Source: an uncultured Halanaerobiales bacterium
GTDB lineage: Bacteria > Bacillota > Halanaerobiia > Halanaerobiales > M55B127
DNA length: 64,000 nt
Direction of reading: 5' to 3'
Assembly (NCBI GenBank): GCA_964430875.1
Contig: CAYSHP010000007.1
Span: forward strand, 1,736 to 65,735
Under the pieces are notes generated by a model. That model was not told where the DNA came from. It worked only from the letters and a program-made list of their open reading frames with translations, and searched no databases. Numbering within the stretch: the first letter of the stretch is position 1; each line of letters starts with the position of its first letter. This document shows positions 1 through 10,585 of the stretch, piece after piece. A program made the position numbers and the translations under genes.

Positions 1-1955
1 TTTGACCACTCTTTTTCAGTAAGTTTCACGGGCTTATTCAATATCTTTTCAGAGATAATAGTTTTCCCTACATCATGCAAAATAGCTAATAGAGATAACC
101 TATCAATTTCTGATTTAGGTAATTTAATTTTATTGCCTAACTTTTTGGCAAGAATACTTAACCTTTCAGCATGTTCCTTCGTCTCAGAACTTTTCTGTTG
201 TAGGGTAACTAAAAGTGTATTTATAATATGACTTTTAATACTCTTTTCTTCAAGTAATTTATCTTTGTACATCATGTCTTCCGCTTCTTTAAATAAAGTT
301 GAAATCTTTTTGCCTTCTTTCCTTTTTATAGAAAAACCTACTGCTAATGACAAAGGCATCTTATCATTATTTTTCACTGTTACTAATATATTTTGTTTTT
401 TAACTTCGGTTACTAACTTTTCAATATTATTTTGTTTAGAATTACTAACCAAGATTATAAATTCATCTCCACCCCATCTTGCTATGATATCTTTTTCATT
501 AAAGATATCTTTTAATATTTCAGCAGTTTTAATTAAAAATTGATCTCCCTTTTCATGACCATAGGCATCGTTAATTAATTTTAAACCATTTAAATCAATC
601 ATTACTAAACCGAGTGGAAATTCTTTTTTTGTATTGAGCCTTTCTAATTCTGACTCAAAAAATGTACGATTAAATGCATCAGTTAAATGATCCCGGTAAC
701 TCAGATGTCTAATTTCATTTTCCTTTTCTTTCTGTTCAGTAATGTCTTCATAAATACCATATACGCCAATGATTTCACCATCGTCCTTTACAGGAACTCC
801 CTTTATTAGGCAATGAATCTTCTTCCCATTTTTATCAAAGCGTATTCCCTCTTTTTTTATATTTTCTCCTCTTAAAACTTTAGCGGTAATATTTTCATTT
901 GCAGAATTACTCTTACTCATATTCATTACATTGTCCATATCTTTACCCTTGATTTCAGGTAAAGTATATTTAAACAACTTCTCAAAGGCTTTGTTAATAT
1001 CAATAACCTTATGATTTTTATCTAATATTGCAATAGCTTCAGTAGAGTTTTTATATAAAGCTTTGAGCCATAAATTTTCTCTTTTCAATTTTTGTTTATA
1101 TTCATATTTTTCACTAACATCACTAAAAACTAAGATAACACCCACTATATTGTTTTCTTGATCTTTAATTGGGGAAGCACTATCTGCTATTTGAATATTT
1201 TCGCCATTTTTTGAAATTAAAGTAGTGTCGTTGGCTAAACCAACAACTCTTTCCTCTTCTAATACCTTTTCTACAGGATTTTTTACTCTTACACCGGTAT
1301 GGGCATTTATAATATTAAATACTTTTTCCAAATCTTGTCCTTTTGCCTCATGGTATTTCCATCCGGTTAATCTTTCAGCTGTAGTGTTCATGCGAATGAT
1401 TTCTCCATCTGGATTAGTTGTAATCACTGCATCTCCAATGGCTTGTAAAGTTATGTCTAATCTTTTTTCTTGTTTTTGTAATATGAGGTTTTTATAAATC
1501 AAACTAAGGTGTAATTCTATTAAATCTCTAAAATTTCTTAAGATATCCTTTGCTTTTTGATTATAAGGATTTTCCTGTTTGTCTAGAACACATAAAGTAC
1601 CAAAAATATCTCCATCAGGCCATTTTATAGGATAACCAAGATAAGATATCATGCCCAATTCAATATCAGGGTTTTCTTTCCAGTCCTCATCTTTTAATGC
1701 ATTTTCAACTAATAAATAATCATCATCTAATATAACAGTCTCACAATATAATCCTGTTAATTCTTCACTATCCCCGACTTTGTAAGGATTATTTTCCGTA
1801 TCACTAGAGCGAAATACTTCTATCATAGGGGGATTTACTCGCATTATCAAAGCGGTAGGTACATCTAGCAGTTTTGTTAAATTATCAACAATTTCTTGCC
1901 ACCTATTGACAATTTCAGTTGGTATGGATAAATCTTTTACTGTTATTTTATTCAT
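1..1955 (-). CDS. Sensor protein GAF-like/PAS/PAS/GGDEF/HD-GYP (bifunctional c-di-GMP turnover), C-terminus cut by window edge
   Basis: Absent from the ORF track because it runs off position 1. The minus frame is open from ATG at 1955 (RBS GGGAGA upstream). Translation starts MNKITVKDLSIP. In-frame motifs are ARWGGDEFIILV (around 460-490) and LSLLAILHDVGKT (around 60-100). Confidence 0.85.
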   Translation of the reverse strand, partial: MNKITVKDLSIPTEIVNRWQEIVDNLTKLLDVPTALIMRVNPPMIEVFRSSDTENNPYKVGDSEELTGLYCETVILDDDYLLVENALKDEDWKENPDIELGMISYLGYPIKWPDGDIFGTLCVLDKQENPYNQKAKDILRNFRDLIELHLSLIYKNLILQKQEKRLDITLQAIGDAVITTNPDGEIIRMNTTAERLTGWKYHEAKGQDLEKVFNIINAHTGVRVKNPVEKVLEEERVVGLANDTTLISKNGENIQIADSASPIKDQENNIVGVILVFSDVSEKYEYKQKLKRENLWLKALYKNSTEAIAILDKNHKVIDINKAFEKLFKYTLPEIKGKDMDNVMNMSKSNSANENITAKVLRGENIKKEGIRFDKNGKKIHCLIKGVPVKDDGEIIGVYGIYEDITEQKEKENEIRHLSYRDHLTDAFNRTFFESELERLNTKKEFPLGLVMIDLNGLKLINDAYGHEKGDQFLIKTAEILKDIFNEKDIIARWGGDEFIILVSNSKQNNIEKLVTEVKKQNILVTVKNNDKMPLSLAVGFSIKRKEGKKISTLFKEAEDMMYKDKLLEEKSIKSHIINTLLVTLQQKSSETKEHAERLSILAKKLGNKIKLPKSEIDRLSLLAILHDVGKTIISEKILNKPVKLTEKEWS

Positions 1956-2145
1956 AGTTTTTTCTCCCTATTATAAATTAAAAATTATTCTGCTAATTTA
2001 TTTTTTAAATTTATATATTTTTACTTTAGTAATGCTTTGTAATCATATATATTTACTTTGAATATTTATATCTTAATTTGTACAACACTTTTTAAAGTCC
2101 TGCTAATATTAAAATATTTAATAAATAAAATATAATTCTCCTGTT

Positions 2146-2358
2146 CTAATCTTTATAACAAATTAACTTTCCCGGAATAAATATCCATATAAAAATATAG
2201 ATTAATATACCGGTTCCATTTATAAATGACAAAAATACAAATATTAATCGAATTAAAGTGACATTAATCTTTAACAAATTTGCAATCGCTATACAGATAC
2301 CTTTTAATATAGGTTTTTTATTAATTTCAATATCTTTTTCAATAATATAAATCACCAC
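2146..2358 (-). CDS. PspC-domain small membrane protein
   Basis: 70 aa. GICIAIANLLKINVTLIRLIFVFLSF..GILIYIFIWIFIP resembles the PspC domain core. It lies 21 nt downstream of the GGDEF gene. Confidence 0.65.
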   Translation of the reverse strand: MVIYIIEKDIEINKKPILKGICIAIANLLKINVTLIRLIFVFLSFINGTGILIYIFIWIFIPGKLICYKD

Positions 2359-2379
2359 TTTTTTATTGCAATTATTATT

Positions 2380-4443
2380 TTATAGTTTCTTATTATTTTT
2401 ATCTTTATACATATTTTTGTCCGCTATTCTTTTGGCTTCAAAGAGTTCCTCATAAGTTTTATTAATTACTTTGTATCCTAAAGAAATACTTAAATCTATT
2501 TTTAAATTGTTTTCTTCAGTGTATGTTCTACATTTATCTTTTATTCTATTACATATCAATTCCGTTTCCTTAGCATCTGTTTCAGGCAGCAAAATGCCAA
2601 ATTCATCTCCTCCAAGACGAGCTACTATATCTTCTTTTCTGGTAATACTTTGTAAAATTTCGGCAACAATTATTATATATTCATCCCCTTTTGCATGTCC
2701 TAAATTATCATTGATAGTTTTTAGACCATCAAGATCTCCAATGACAATAGATATTGGTAATCGTCTTGAATGGTTTAATCTCTCCATCTCTTTTTCAAAA
2801 TATGCTCTGTTGTATAGATCGGTCATTTGGTCATGATATGATAAATATCTCATGAAATCCTCTTCTTTTTTTCTGGTTGTTATATCTCTCATAAATACCA
2901 CATAATAAGGTTCTTCGAGTTCGAGATATAAAGCACTGACCTCGATGTCAATTATCTTACCATCTTTCTTTTTATGCTTTGTTTCAAATTTAGCATATTC
3001 TTCTTTCTGTATTTTTAGCATTCTCTTATCTATATCTTCTTTATCATCAATTATTTCTAACTCAGATATATGCATACCCATTAATTCTCTTTGGGTATAT
3101 CCTACCATATTTGCATAAGATTCATTAACATCTGTAATATAAGCATATTTATTAATCATCCAATAACCATCAGGTGTCTTTTCTAAGATTTTTTCTAGTC
3201 GTTCTTTTGATATCAGTGATTTTTTTAAGTCTTTTTGCATTTTATTAAATGAATCAGCTAATATACCTATTTCATCATTTCTTTTCATGTTTATTTTCTT
3301 ATCAAGGTTACCTTTGCCTAAAGAAGTTGCTATAGAAGCAAGTTCAATTAAAGGCTTAGCTAATTCTTTGCCAAATTTTATAGATAATAAGGATAAAAAT
3401 ATTACTATAATTATACCCGAATATATCAATACTCTTCTAATTTCATAAAAATCACCTAATTTTTCATCTAGATCTGCTGTTATTAATACCTTCCAAGTTT
3501 CATCTTTATTGCCTTTTTTTTGATCAATAGACACAGTGTTGCCCCCAAATTTAATTCTGTTATTACCGTTAGTTATATTTACATTAGCACTACTAAATAT
3601 CTTTTCTTCACCATCAACATTAACAATATAAGAGTTGTTATCATTATCTAATTTATTTAAAACTTTCTGATTAACTTCTGTAGATAAAGGCTCCTTGTCT
3701 TTTTCATAAACAATATATCCGCCGGATCTTACAATTTTTAAATTGCCCACCATATATGAATAACTATAGTTTTCTTCTAAATTAGATAAAAGCCCTTTTA
3801 TATTAACATTACACTTTAAAATGCCTATTATGATATCATCCTTTTTGATAGGAACAACTATTCCTAAAACATAACCTTCAACACTGCTATCATATCCCCT
3901 GTCATCTAGATATATTGTGCCGTAATTCTTATATGAACCCTGCCACCAATATTTATGAGAATGGGCAAGAGTTGTTAACTTACCAGTAGAAGCTACTAAA
4001 ACTCCATATTTATTGGTTAAAAATATTTCCCCAAAAAAATCAGAATCACTCTGATATAAATCACTAAAATAATTTGCCACTTTATTTTTAGTATATCTTT
4101 CTATAAAAGGATGATCATTTTTTTTTAAAAGCATCCATTTTTCATTCAATAAATTTATTATACTTTTTCTAGTTAATTCATTCATGTTTTGATAATTTGC
4201 ATTACTGGTTTCTAAGCTTTCTTTAATAATTGGTGATTTAGAAATAGTCTCAACTCTTGCAATTATTTCTTTTATTTCCTTATCTAGATTTAAAGAATAA
4301 TTGACCGCTAAATTTTTCATATCCTGTTTATTATTTTCGATATATACTTTCTTAAAATGAAAATTATGTATTAACAGCATTAACAAAATAGCTAGAAATC
4401 CCACAACTATAATCCTATAAGTTAACTTTTTCTTTAATTTCAT
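2380..4443 (-). CDS. Membrane sensor diguanylate cyclase (TM, Cache-like extracytoplasmic domain, TM, HAMP, PAS, GGDEF)
   Basis: 687 aa. N-terminal TM, about 300 aa extracytoplasmic region, second TM, HAMP (DEIGILADSFNKM) and PAS. GGDEF is intact (RLGGDEFGILL) with an RxxD I-site (RKED) 5 residues upstream. Confidence 0.9.
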   Translation of the reverse strand: MKLKKKLTYRIIVVGFLAILLMLLIHNFHFKKVYIENNKQDMKNLAVNYSLNLDKEIKEIIARVETISKSPIIKESLETSNANYQNMNELTRKSIINLLNEKWMLLKKNDHPFIERYTKNKVANYFSDLYQSDSDFFGEIFLTNKYGVLVASTGKLTTLAHSHKYWWQGSYKNYGTIYLDDRGYDSSVEGYVLGIVVPIKKDDIIIGILKCNVNIKGLLSNLEENYSYSYMVGNLKIVRSGGYIVYEKDKEPLSTEVNQKVLNKLDNDNNSYIVNVDGEEKIFSSANVNITNGNNRIKFGGNTVSIDQKKGNKDETWKVLITADLDEKLGDFYEIRRVLIYSGIIIVIFLSLLSIKFGKELAKPLIELASIATSLGKGNLDKKINMKRNDEIGILADSFNKMQKDLKKSLISKERLEKILEKTPDGYWMINKYAYITDVNESYANMVGYTQRELMGMHISELEIIDDKEDIDKRMLKIQKEEYAKFETKHKKKDGKIIDIEVSALYLELEEPYYVVFMRDITTRKKEEDFMRYLSYHDQMTDLYNRAYFEKEMERLNHSRRLPISIVIGDLDGLKTINDNLGHAKGDEYIIIVAEILQSITRKEDIVARLGGDEFGILLPETDAKETELICNRIKDKCRTYTEENNLKIDLSISLGYKVINKTYEELFEAKRIADKNMYKDKNNKKL

Positions 4444-4503
4444 AATATCGATCCCTCTATTTTACTTTTTGGTACTTAATCTATAAACTTAGTTATTATT
4501 GAT

Positions 4504-7014
4504 TTATCTTTTTTTAACAAAAGCAAAATCATAAACTGGTTCACCATAATTATCTTTAATTACTCTGACCTTTATATTTACATCTATATATTCTCCATTT
4601 TTCTTAATGTACTTTTTATTCAATTCAAAGTTATCTAGTTCTTTATTAGTTATCTTATCCATATACTCTTTATTTTTTTGATTGTCCTCTTTCTTTGTAA
4701 TATCAAAATGAGTCATTGTTTTTAACTCTTTTTCTGTATAGCCTAGTAATTCACAAAATTTATAATTAACTTCTATTATATTCCCCTTAAAATCAGAAAT
4801 TATAATTGCAATTGGCATTTCATTAAATACAATTCTTTTTTTATTTCTGACTATGCTTAATTTTCTTTTGAAATATTCTTTTTTATTTTGTTTTTTCATC
4901 TCATACATTTTCTCATCTGATATTTTAATTATTTCATTCAAATCCTGTTTATATGACTTTTTGATTGCAATACCGATCGATATGCTGAAATCAATATCTT
5001 TTATATCTATTTTTTTGATATTAATTGCTATTCTATTTTTTATTTTTTTAAGATTATCGTATTTTATTTCAGGCAAGATAATAGAAAATTCATCTCCGCC
5101 TATACGACATATAATGTCTGATTCTCTAACCACATTTCTTAAAACATCAGCTACTCTCTTAATATATTTATCACCTATACTATGACCATACATATCATTT
5201 ACTGATTTTAAATTGTCAATATCAGCAGTAATAACACCTATCGGTAATTTGCGTGATTTATTTATTCTCTTAACTGTATCTGCAAAATATGCCCGATTAT
5301 ATAAACCTGTTAATTGGTCCTGTATTGAAAGATACTTTATTTTATCTTTTTCTTTTTTCCTTTGAGTTATATTTCTTACAAATGCATAAAAGATAGGGCT
5401 AGCTTTTTCATTTATATATGTTTTATTAACCTCTACATCTATTACCTTTCCATTTTTCTTTTTATATTTAGTTTCAAAAAGTTCTTTCTTCTTTTCAATT
5501 ATTTTTTGTAAGCGTGCCTGTAAACCTTTTTTAGTTTCTTTAATATCAATATCTGAAATTTTCATATGCAATAATTCTTTTTCATTATAATCAACCATAT
5601 CTATAAAGGATTTATTAACTCTTATAAATTCACCCTTTTCATTAATTATAAAGAAACCATCTCCAGTTGTTTCAAGTATTTTATCAAGCTTATCTTTTTG
5701 TTCTTGCAATTTTTCATCTTTTATTCTTTTTTCTGTTATATTTTCATGTGCGATTACTGCACTGTATTCACCTTCTCCAACAAATGGAGTTATCCTCATT
5801 TTAAACCATCTTTTTTTATAAGGTGAATGACAAGGATATTCTATAGAAAAAGTGTCTGCCTTACCCTTAATAACTCGTTTTATACCGTCATAAACAATCC
5901 CTGCCTCTTTAGACCATTCACCTTCAGAATTTTTACATACTTCTAAATAATTTGTGCCTACTCCGCTTTCTTCTTCTTTTAAACCATTATTTACAGCAAA
6001 ATTTTCCCAAGCATTATTTACATATTTAATAAATCCTTTTCTATCTAGAACAGCTATATTTGCCGATAAGGAATTTATTAAGGATTGGCTTAATTCTTTT
6101 TCTTTTATTAAATTTTTCTCATATTTTTTCCTTTTAGAAATGTCCCTGGATACACTTAATACCATTTTCTTTTTATCTAAATTCACAATTTTTGAATTAA
6201 TCTCAACAGGTACTTTTTTGCCATTTTTAGTTTTATGAATAGTTTCAAAGATGTGTTCTTTTTTCTCTTCTAATTTTTTTATATTTTCTTTCCGCTTTTC
6301 TATAGTTTCTGATGTTATTACATCTAGTTCTTCGGGGCTAAGTTTTAAAAGTTCATCTTTAGTATATCCTAATTTTTTACAGGTAGCCTCATTAACATCA
6401 ATAAATGGTCCTAATTTATTTTCCTTGCTCTGAGGATAGTATTCATGGAAGAATATCGGGTCATTAATACTATCAAGAATCATTTGGGAATCATGCTTTA
6501 TTTGTTCATAGTCTTTTATTCTTTCATTTAAAATACTATTAAGGTATATATTTTCCAGCTTATATTCAATGATCGTTTTAAATTCTTTCATTAGATCTTT
6601 TTCTTCTTCTTTGAAATTTCTTTCTTTATTATCAAAGACACAAAAAGTCCCAAATGTTTTACCGTCAGGTTTTAAAATCGGTACTCCTAAATATGATTTC
6701 AAATTATATTTTTGGGACTGAGGAAACTCTAAATTATTTTTGTTTTTATAATTACTAATTTCTATTAATCTCTTTTCCTTTAATACTTTTTCACAATAAT
6801 GACCAGCCATTTTATATCTATCATTTTTTTTAAAGGGATTATTATTGGAGTTGTTTGTACTAATGATTACTAAATTATCATTATCGCGTTTTGTAATCAT
6901 AGCAATATTAACTTTTAAAAGGCTGACAATTAAATCTGCTATCTTTTGCCATTCTTCTTCCACTAATAATAGCAACTCATATTTATTTTTATTATTGGGT
7001 CTTCCACTAAACAT
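4504..7014 (-). CDS. Cytoplasmic multi-PAS diguanylate cyclase (GAF-like, PAS x3, GGDEF, C-terminal PAS)
   Basis: The ORF is 4504..7023. I prefer ATG at 7014 (GAGGTG RBS 6 nt upstream) over the GTG at 7023. Carries RIGGDEFSIIL with an RESD I-site. An extra PAS domain follows the GGDEF domain. Confidence 0.88.
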   Translation of the reverse strand: MFSGRPNNKNKYELLLLVEEEWQKIADLIVSLLKVNIAMITKRDNDNLVIISTNNSNNNPFKKNDRYKMAGHYCEKVLKEKRLIEISNYKNKNNLEFPQSQKYNLKSYLGVPILKPDGKTFGTFCVFDNKERNFKEEEKDLMKEFKTIIEYKLENIYLNSILNERIKDYEQIKHDSQMILDSINDPIFFHEYYPQSKENKLGPFIDVNEATCKKLGYTKDELLKLSPEELDVITSETIEKRKENIKKLEEKKEHIFETIHKTKNGKKVPVEINSKIVNLDKKKMVLSVSRDISKRKKYEKNLIKEKELSQSLINSLSANIAVLDRKGFIKYVNNAWENFAVNNGLKEEESGVGTNYLEVCKNSEGEWSKEAGIVYDGIKRVIKGKADTFSIEYPCHSPYKKRWFKMRITPFVGEGEYSAVIAHENITEKRIKDEKLQEQKDKLDKILETTGDGFFIINEKGEFIRVNKSFIDMVDYNEKELLHMKISDIDIKETKKGLQARLQKIIEKKKELFETKYKKKNGKVIDVEVNKTYINEKASPIFYAFVRNITQRKKEKDKIKYLSIQDQLTGLYNRAYFADTVKRINKSRKLPIGVITADIDNLKSVNDMYGHSIGDKYIKRVADVLRNVVRESDIICRIGGDEFSIILPEIKYDNLKKIKNRIAINIKKIDIKDIDFSISIGIAIKKSYKQDLNEIIKISDEKMYEMKKQNKKEYFKRKLSIVRNKKRIVFNEMPIAIIISDFKGNIIEVNYKFCELLGYTEKELKTMTHFDITKKEDNQKNKEYMDKITNKELDNFELNKKYIKKNGEYIDVNIKVRVIKDNYGEPVYDFAFVKKR

Positions 7015-7064
7015 AAAATACACCTCTTTAAACCATATTTCAATTTAATTTTTTCGGTTAAAAA

Positions 7065-9332
7065 TTAAAATATGTCTTTTAAACTAGAATTTATGAATCG
7101 TTCAACAATCTTTGGTGAAAATTGAGTTCCCTTATTAGAAATTAACTCTTCTAAAGCTTCCTTTTTACTTAGATTGTTCCTGTAAGGTCTTTCAGAAGTC
7201 ATGGCATCCCATGCATCTGCTACCGATAATATTTGCGAAATGATCGGTATTTGATCTCCTTTTATACCCTTTGGATAACCATTGCCATCCCATCTTTCAT
7301 GATGATATAAAATATATTCAGCTATTTCCCTTAATTCTATTGAATTCTTCAAAGTTTCATATCCCCAGACCGAATGTTTTTTAATAATAAAATATTCATT
7401 TTCCGATAATTTACCTTTTTTATTCAAAATATTTTTAGGTATTATCATTTTACCTATATCGTGTAAAAGTCCAGCCCAATAAGTCATCTCTATGATTTTT
7501 TGGGAAAGATCCATTTCTCTGGCAATTTCTCTCGAGATATTTGCTACTGTTTCATTATGCCCTTTTGTATAATCATCATGTATTTCGAGTAAATTTGTTA
7601 AAGAAATGATAACCTCATCTGTAAACTCTCTTTGCAATCTATTATAATTTTTTAATGTTAAATACGAAGAAGCCAATCTTTCTATAGAATATAAGGTCCT
7701 CTGGGCATTTTCTGTAAACTCTTCGCTACTATCTTTTTTTATTTCTATAGACATTCGACCAATTATGTTATCATTAACTAATATATTGACTAGTAAAGAA
7801 TTTTTTATTTTTTTTATATTATTTTGGTAATGATCATACAACTTAATAGGTGCTTTATCCTTATCAATAATATTGTTATCTTCAATTTCTTTTATATAAA
7901 ATTTATCATGATTTTTCATATGTATTCTCTTAATATCCAATTTATTTATATTATCAATATTATAACCTACAGCATCAATGAATTTAGCTTTACCATTTTC
8001 AAATAAGTAAATCAACCCATGGTCTGCTTCCGGGATTAATTCCATAGATTTTTTCAAAACTATCGATAAAAACTCTTCTTTATTAGTATCAGTTCCTATT
8101 TTTGAGATTAATTCAATGATATTTTCTAGGTTATAACTCAATATATCTAACTCTTTATAAGTTCTTTCTAAATCTTCATTCATAGCTCTTATTTCTTCAT
8201 TATTTGCCTCAAGCTCCATATATTTTTCTTGTAACTCATCGTTGGCTTCCATTATTTTCTTTTGTTTTTCTTTTCTATCAGAAATATCTCTACTAATAGC
8301 CAATAAATATTTTTTTCCGTTTTCTCTATAAGCATTCAATTTAGTTTCAACCGGTATGCTTTTTTTATTCTTATTAATATGAACTGATTCATAGCTGAAT
8401 TTATTTTCTTTAAATAGTTTTGTAAAAATTTTTTGATGAATTTCTTCAACTATTCTTTCAGGTACTATTTTAGAAGGACTAATTTCTTTAAATTCTTCTC
8501 TAGTATAGCCTAATACTTCACAAGCTTTATCGTTTACTTTTATAAATTTACTGTCTTCATATTTATCTTGAATTTCTAGTAAAAAAACTTCGTCATTAAT
8601 CTTGTTGAATAAAAACTCATATTCATTATTTTTTGACTTTAATTTACGCTTAAATTTACTTTCTCTTTTTTTAAATTCCTGTATGTTTTTAAGCCATGTT
8701 TTAATTTTATACTCAACAATTCTATTGTTTTTAAACCCATCAGGCTCAATATAATAAGGATTTTCATACAGATTGTCCTTCCAAATTATATAATGATGTA
8801 ATTCAAGAATTGATTTAATAATTTCATTATCAAACTTATTCAAATTATATCTACATAAAGCAATTACAGGATAATTATCAAAAATTTCATCATTCAACAA
8901 CCACTCATATTTAATTAGTTCTTCTTTCCCTCTTTTATAGTTTAAGACCCAACTTAGTTCTCCTGTAATACTAAGCCCAGTATAACCATCTTCAATAGCT
9001 TGGGAAGATAAATTTTTCAAAAGTGTTATCATCTTATCTGCTTCAAATTGATCACTTAAAGCATAAGTTTCTTCTTTAGATAAAAATTGTAATTGTCTGG
9101 TTTTTATTAACTGACTAAAATCATCTCGTTCTTTTTGCAGTTCACTATTTATTAACTTTGTATTTGCATCCCCTTGTATATATAAACATATTTCTCCCCG
9201 TTTTAAACTGTTTTTTATAAAAGAAACAACTGGATTTAATGTTTCCTTTTCTTCCTCGTATAATAATACTGAATGGTCGCCCGGTTCTAATTTATCCATG
9301 TTCTCCATTTTTCCAAAATGAACATTCTGCAC
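7065..9332 (-). CDS. MEDS-PAS-GAF-HD-GYP c-di-GMP phosphodiesterase
   Basis: 755 aa. GTG start with an AGGGGG RBS. The N-terminus GDHSVLLYEEE..GEICLYI..LSITGELSW..ALCRYN matches the MEDS pattern. The HD-GYP core is intact (LLHDIGK, HHERWDGNGYP). Confidence 0.88.
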   Translation of the reverse strand: MQNVHFGKMENMDKLEPGDHSVLLYEEEKETLNPVVSFIKNSLKRGEICLYIQGDANTKLINSELQKERDDFSQLIKTRQLQFLSKEETYALSDQFEADKMITLLKNLSSQAIEDGYTGLSITGELSWVLNYKRGKEELIKYEWLLNDEIFDNYPVIALCRYNLNKFDNEIIKSILELHHYIIWKDNLYENPYYIEPDGFKNNRIVEYKIKTWLKNIQEFKKRESKFKRKLKSKNNEYEFLFNKINDEVFLLEIQDKYEDSKFIKVNDKACEVLGYTREEFKEISPSKIVPERIVEEIHQKIFTKLFKENKFSYESVHINKNKKSIPVETKLNAYRENGKKYLLAISRDISDRKEKQKKIMEANDELQEKYMELEANNEEIRAMNEDLERTYKELDILSYNLENIIELISKIGTDTNKEEFLSIVLKKSMELIPEADHGLIYLFENGKAKFIDAVGYNIDNINKLDIKRIHMKNHDKFYIKEIEDNNIIDKDKAPIKLYDHYQNNIKKIKNSLLVNILVNDNIIGRMSIEIKKDSSEEFTENAQRTLYSIERLASSYLTLKNYNRLQREFTDEVIISLTNLLEIHDDYTKGHNETVANISREIAREMDLSQKIIEMTYWAGLLHDIGKMIIPKNILNKKGKLSENEYFIIKKHSVWGYETLKNSIELREIAEYILYHHERWDGNGYPKGIKGDQIPIISQILSVADAWDAMTSERPYRNNLSKKEALEELISNKGTQFSPKIVERFINSSLKDIF

Positions 9333-9614
9333 GATGCACCCCCTATACTTTTACCTATAATTTCTTAATACATTTTTCACAATTTTTAACTTTATCAAGT
9401 GCATCATATACCCTTTCTTATAATTCATTAATAATTTCCTTTTTATTTAACTTTACAGCTTAAAGCTACAGTTATCATCAATATTTCGACTATATTTATA
9501 GTAGTATATTTTCTATAACTATATTTTCAGATTTGTATTAAAGAATAAGTAAGACTTCACTTGTTTCTTTTTATTATATTTTGTAAAATTTACTCATAAG
9601 AATAATATATAGGT

Positions 9615-10073
9615 TTAGTGTAAGTTTTTAATTTCTTTAAGTTCTTTATTCTTTAAAACATTACTGGATTCAATAATTATAATTAATTCATCATTTAAAT
9701 TTGCAATCCCGTTAATATAATTAGCATCGATTTTTTTGGTTATTTCAGGGGCATCATTAATGTCTTTTTGATTTAAACCATTTATTCCAATAACTTCTTC
9801 CACCATAAGACCAACCAATTCATTATCGACAGATATGATAATTATTTTATTGTTATCTATATTAATATTTAAATTAAACTTCTTATCTAAATTAATGATA
9901 GGAATTATCTGTTCCCGCAAATTGATAACTCCCTCCACATAAGAAGGTGCTTCCGGGATAAAAGTTAGTTCCTCAGTCGTAATTATCTCCCGGCTGTCCA
10001 TCACATCAATACCATATTTTTGTCTTCCTAGTGCAAAAATTACATGCTGTCTATTTAGATCTTTTTCAGGCAT
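9615..10073 (-). CDS. cheW: Chemotaxis coupling protein CheW
   Basis: 152 aa with a CheW-like fold (FALGRQKYGIDV..REII). The ATG overlaps the upstream cheW stop. RBS GAGGAGG. Confidence 0.9.
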   Translation of the reverse strand: MPEKDLNRQHVIFALGRQKYGIDVMDSREIITTEELTFIPEAPSYVEGVINLREQIIPIINLDKKFNLNINIDNNKIIIISVDNELVGLMVEEVIGINGLNQKDINDAPEITKKIDANYINGIANLNDELIIIIESSNVLKNKELKEIKNLH

Positions 10074-10572
10074 TTTTTACCTCCTCTGATGGATTATTGT
10101 TATCAAAAAGTATATCTTCTATATTAATAATTACAATCAATTTCCCTTTAGAAGTGAATACACCCTTAATATATTCTTCTTCTAAACTCTGCTTTCCATC
10201 AGTAGTTTTCTCAATATCATCAGAATTAATTGAAAGAACTTCTCTGACATCATCTATATATAATCCTACCATTATTCCATCAATATTTATTATGATTATC
10301 TTATTATTGTCCTTTTTTTTATGATTTTTCACTAATCCTAATTTTTCTTTTAAATCAATTACCGGTGTAACTTTACCTCTGATATTTATAACACCCATTA
10401 CATGTTTAGGTGTATTGGGTACATTTGTTATCTTAGGCGGTTTTATTATCTCTTTCGCTTTTTCTAACTGCAGTCCATAATATTCTTGTTCCAATTTGAA
10501 AGTAAGATACTGGTTTAAACTACCTATATTTGTTTCTTTTTTATCAAGATAAATATCATCTTTTTCTGACAT
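10066..10572 (-). CDS. cheW: Chemotaxis coupling protein CheW (second copy)
   Basis: 168 aa. YLTFKLEQEYYGLQLEKAKEII..GVINIRGKV is typical of CheW. Confidence 0.9.
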   Translation of the reverse strand: MSEKDDIYLDKKETNIGSLNQYLTFKLEQEYYGLQLEKAKEIIKPPKITNVPNTPKHVMGVINIRGKVTPVIDLKEKLGLVKNHKKKDNNKIIIINIDGIMVGLYIDDVREVLSINSDDIEKTTDGKQSLEEEYIKGVFTSKGKLIVIINIEDILFDNNNPSEEVKNA

Positions 10573-10585
10573 TAGAAATCCCCCT

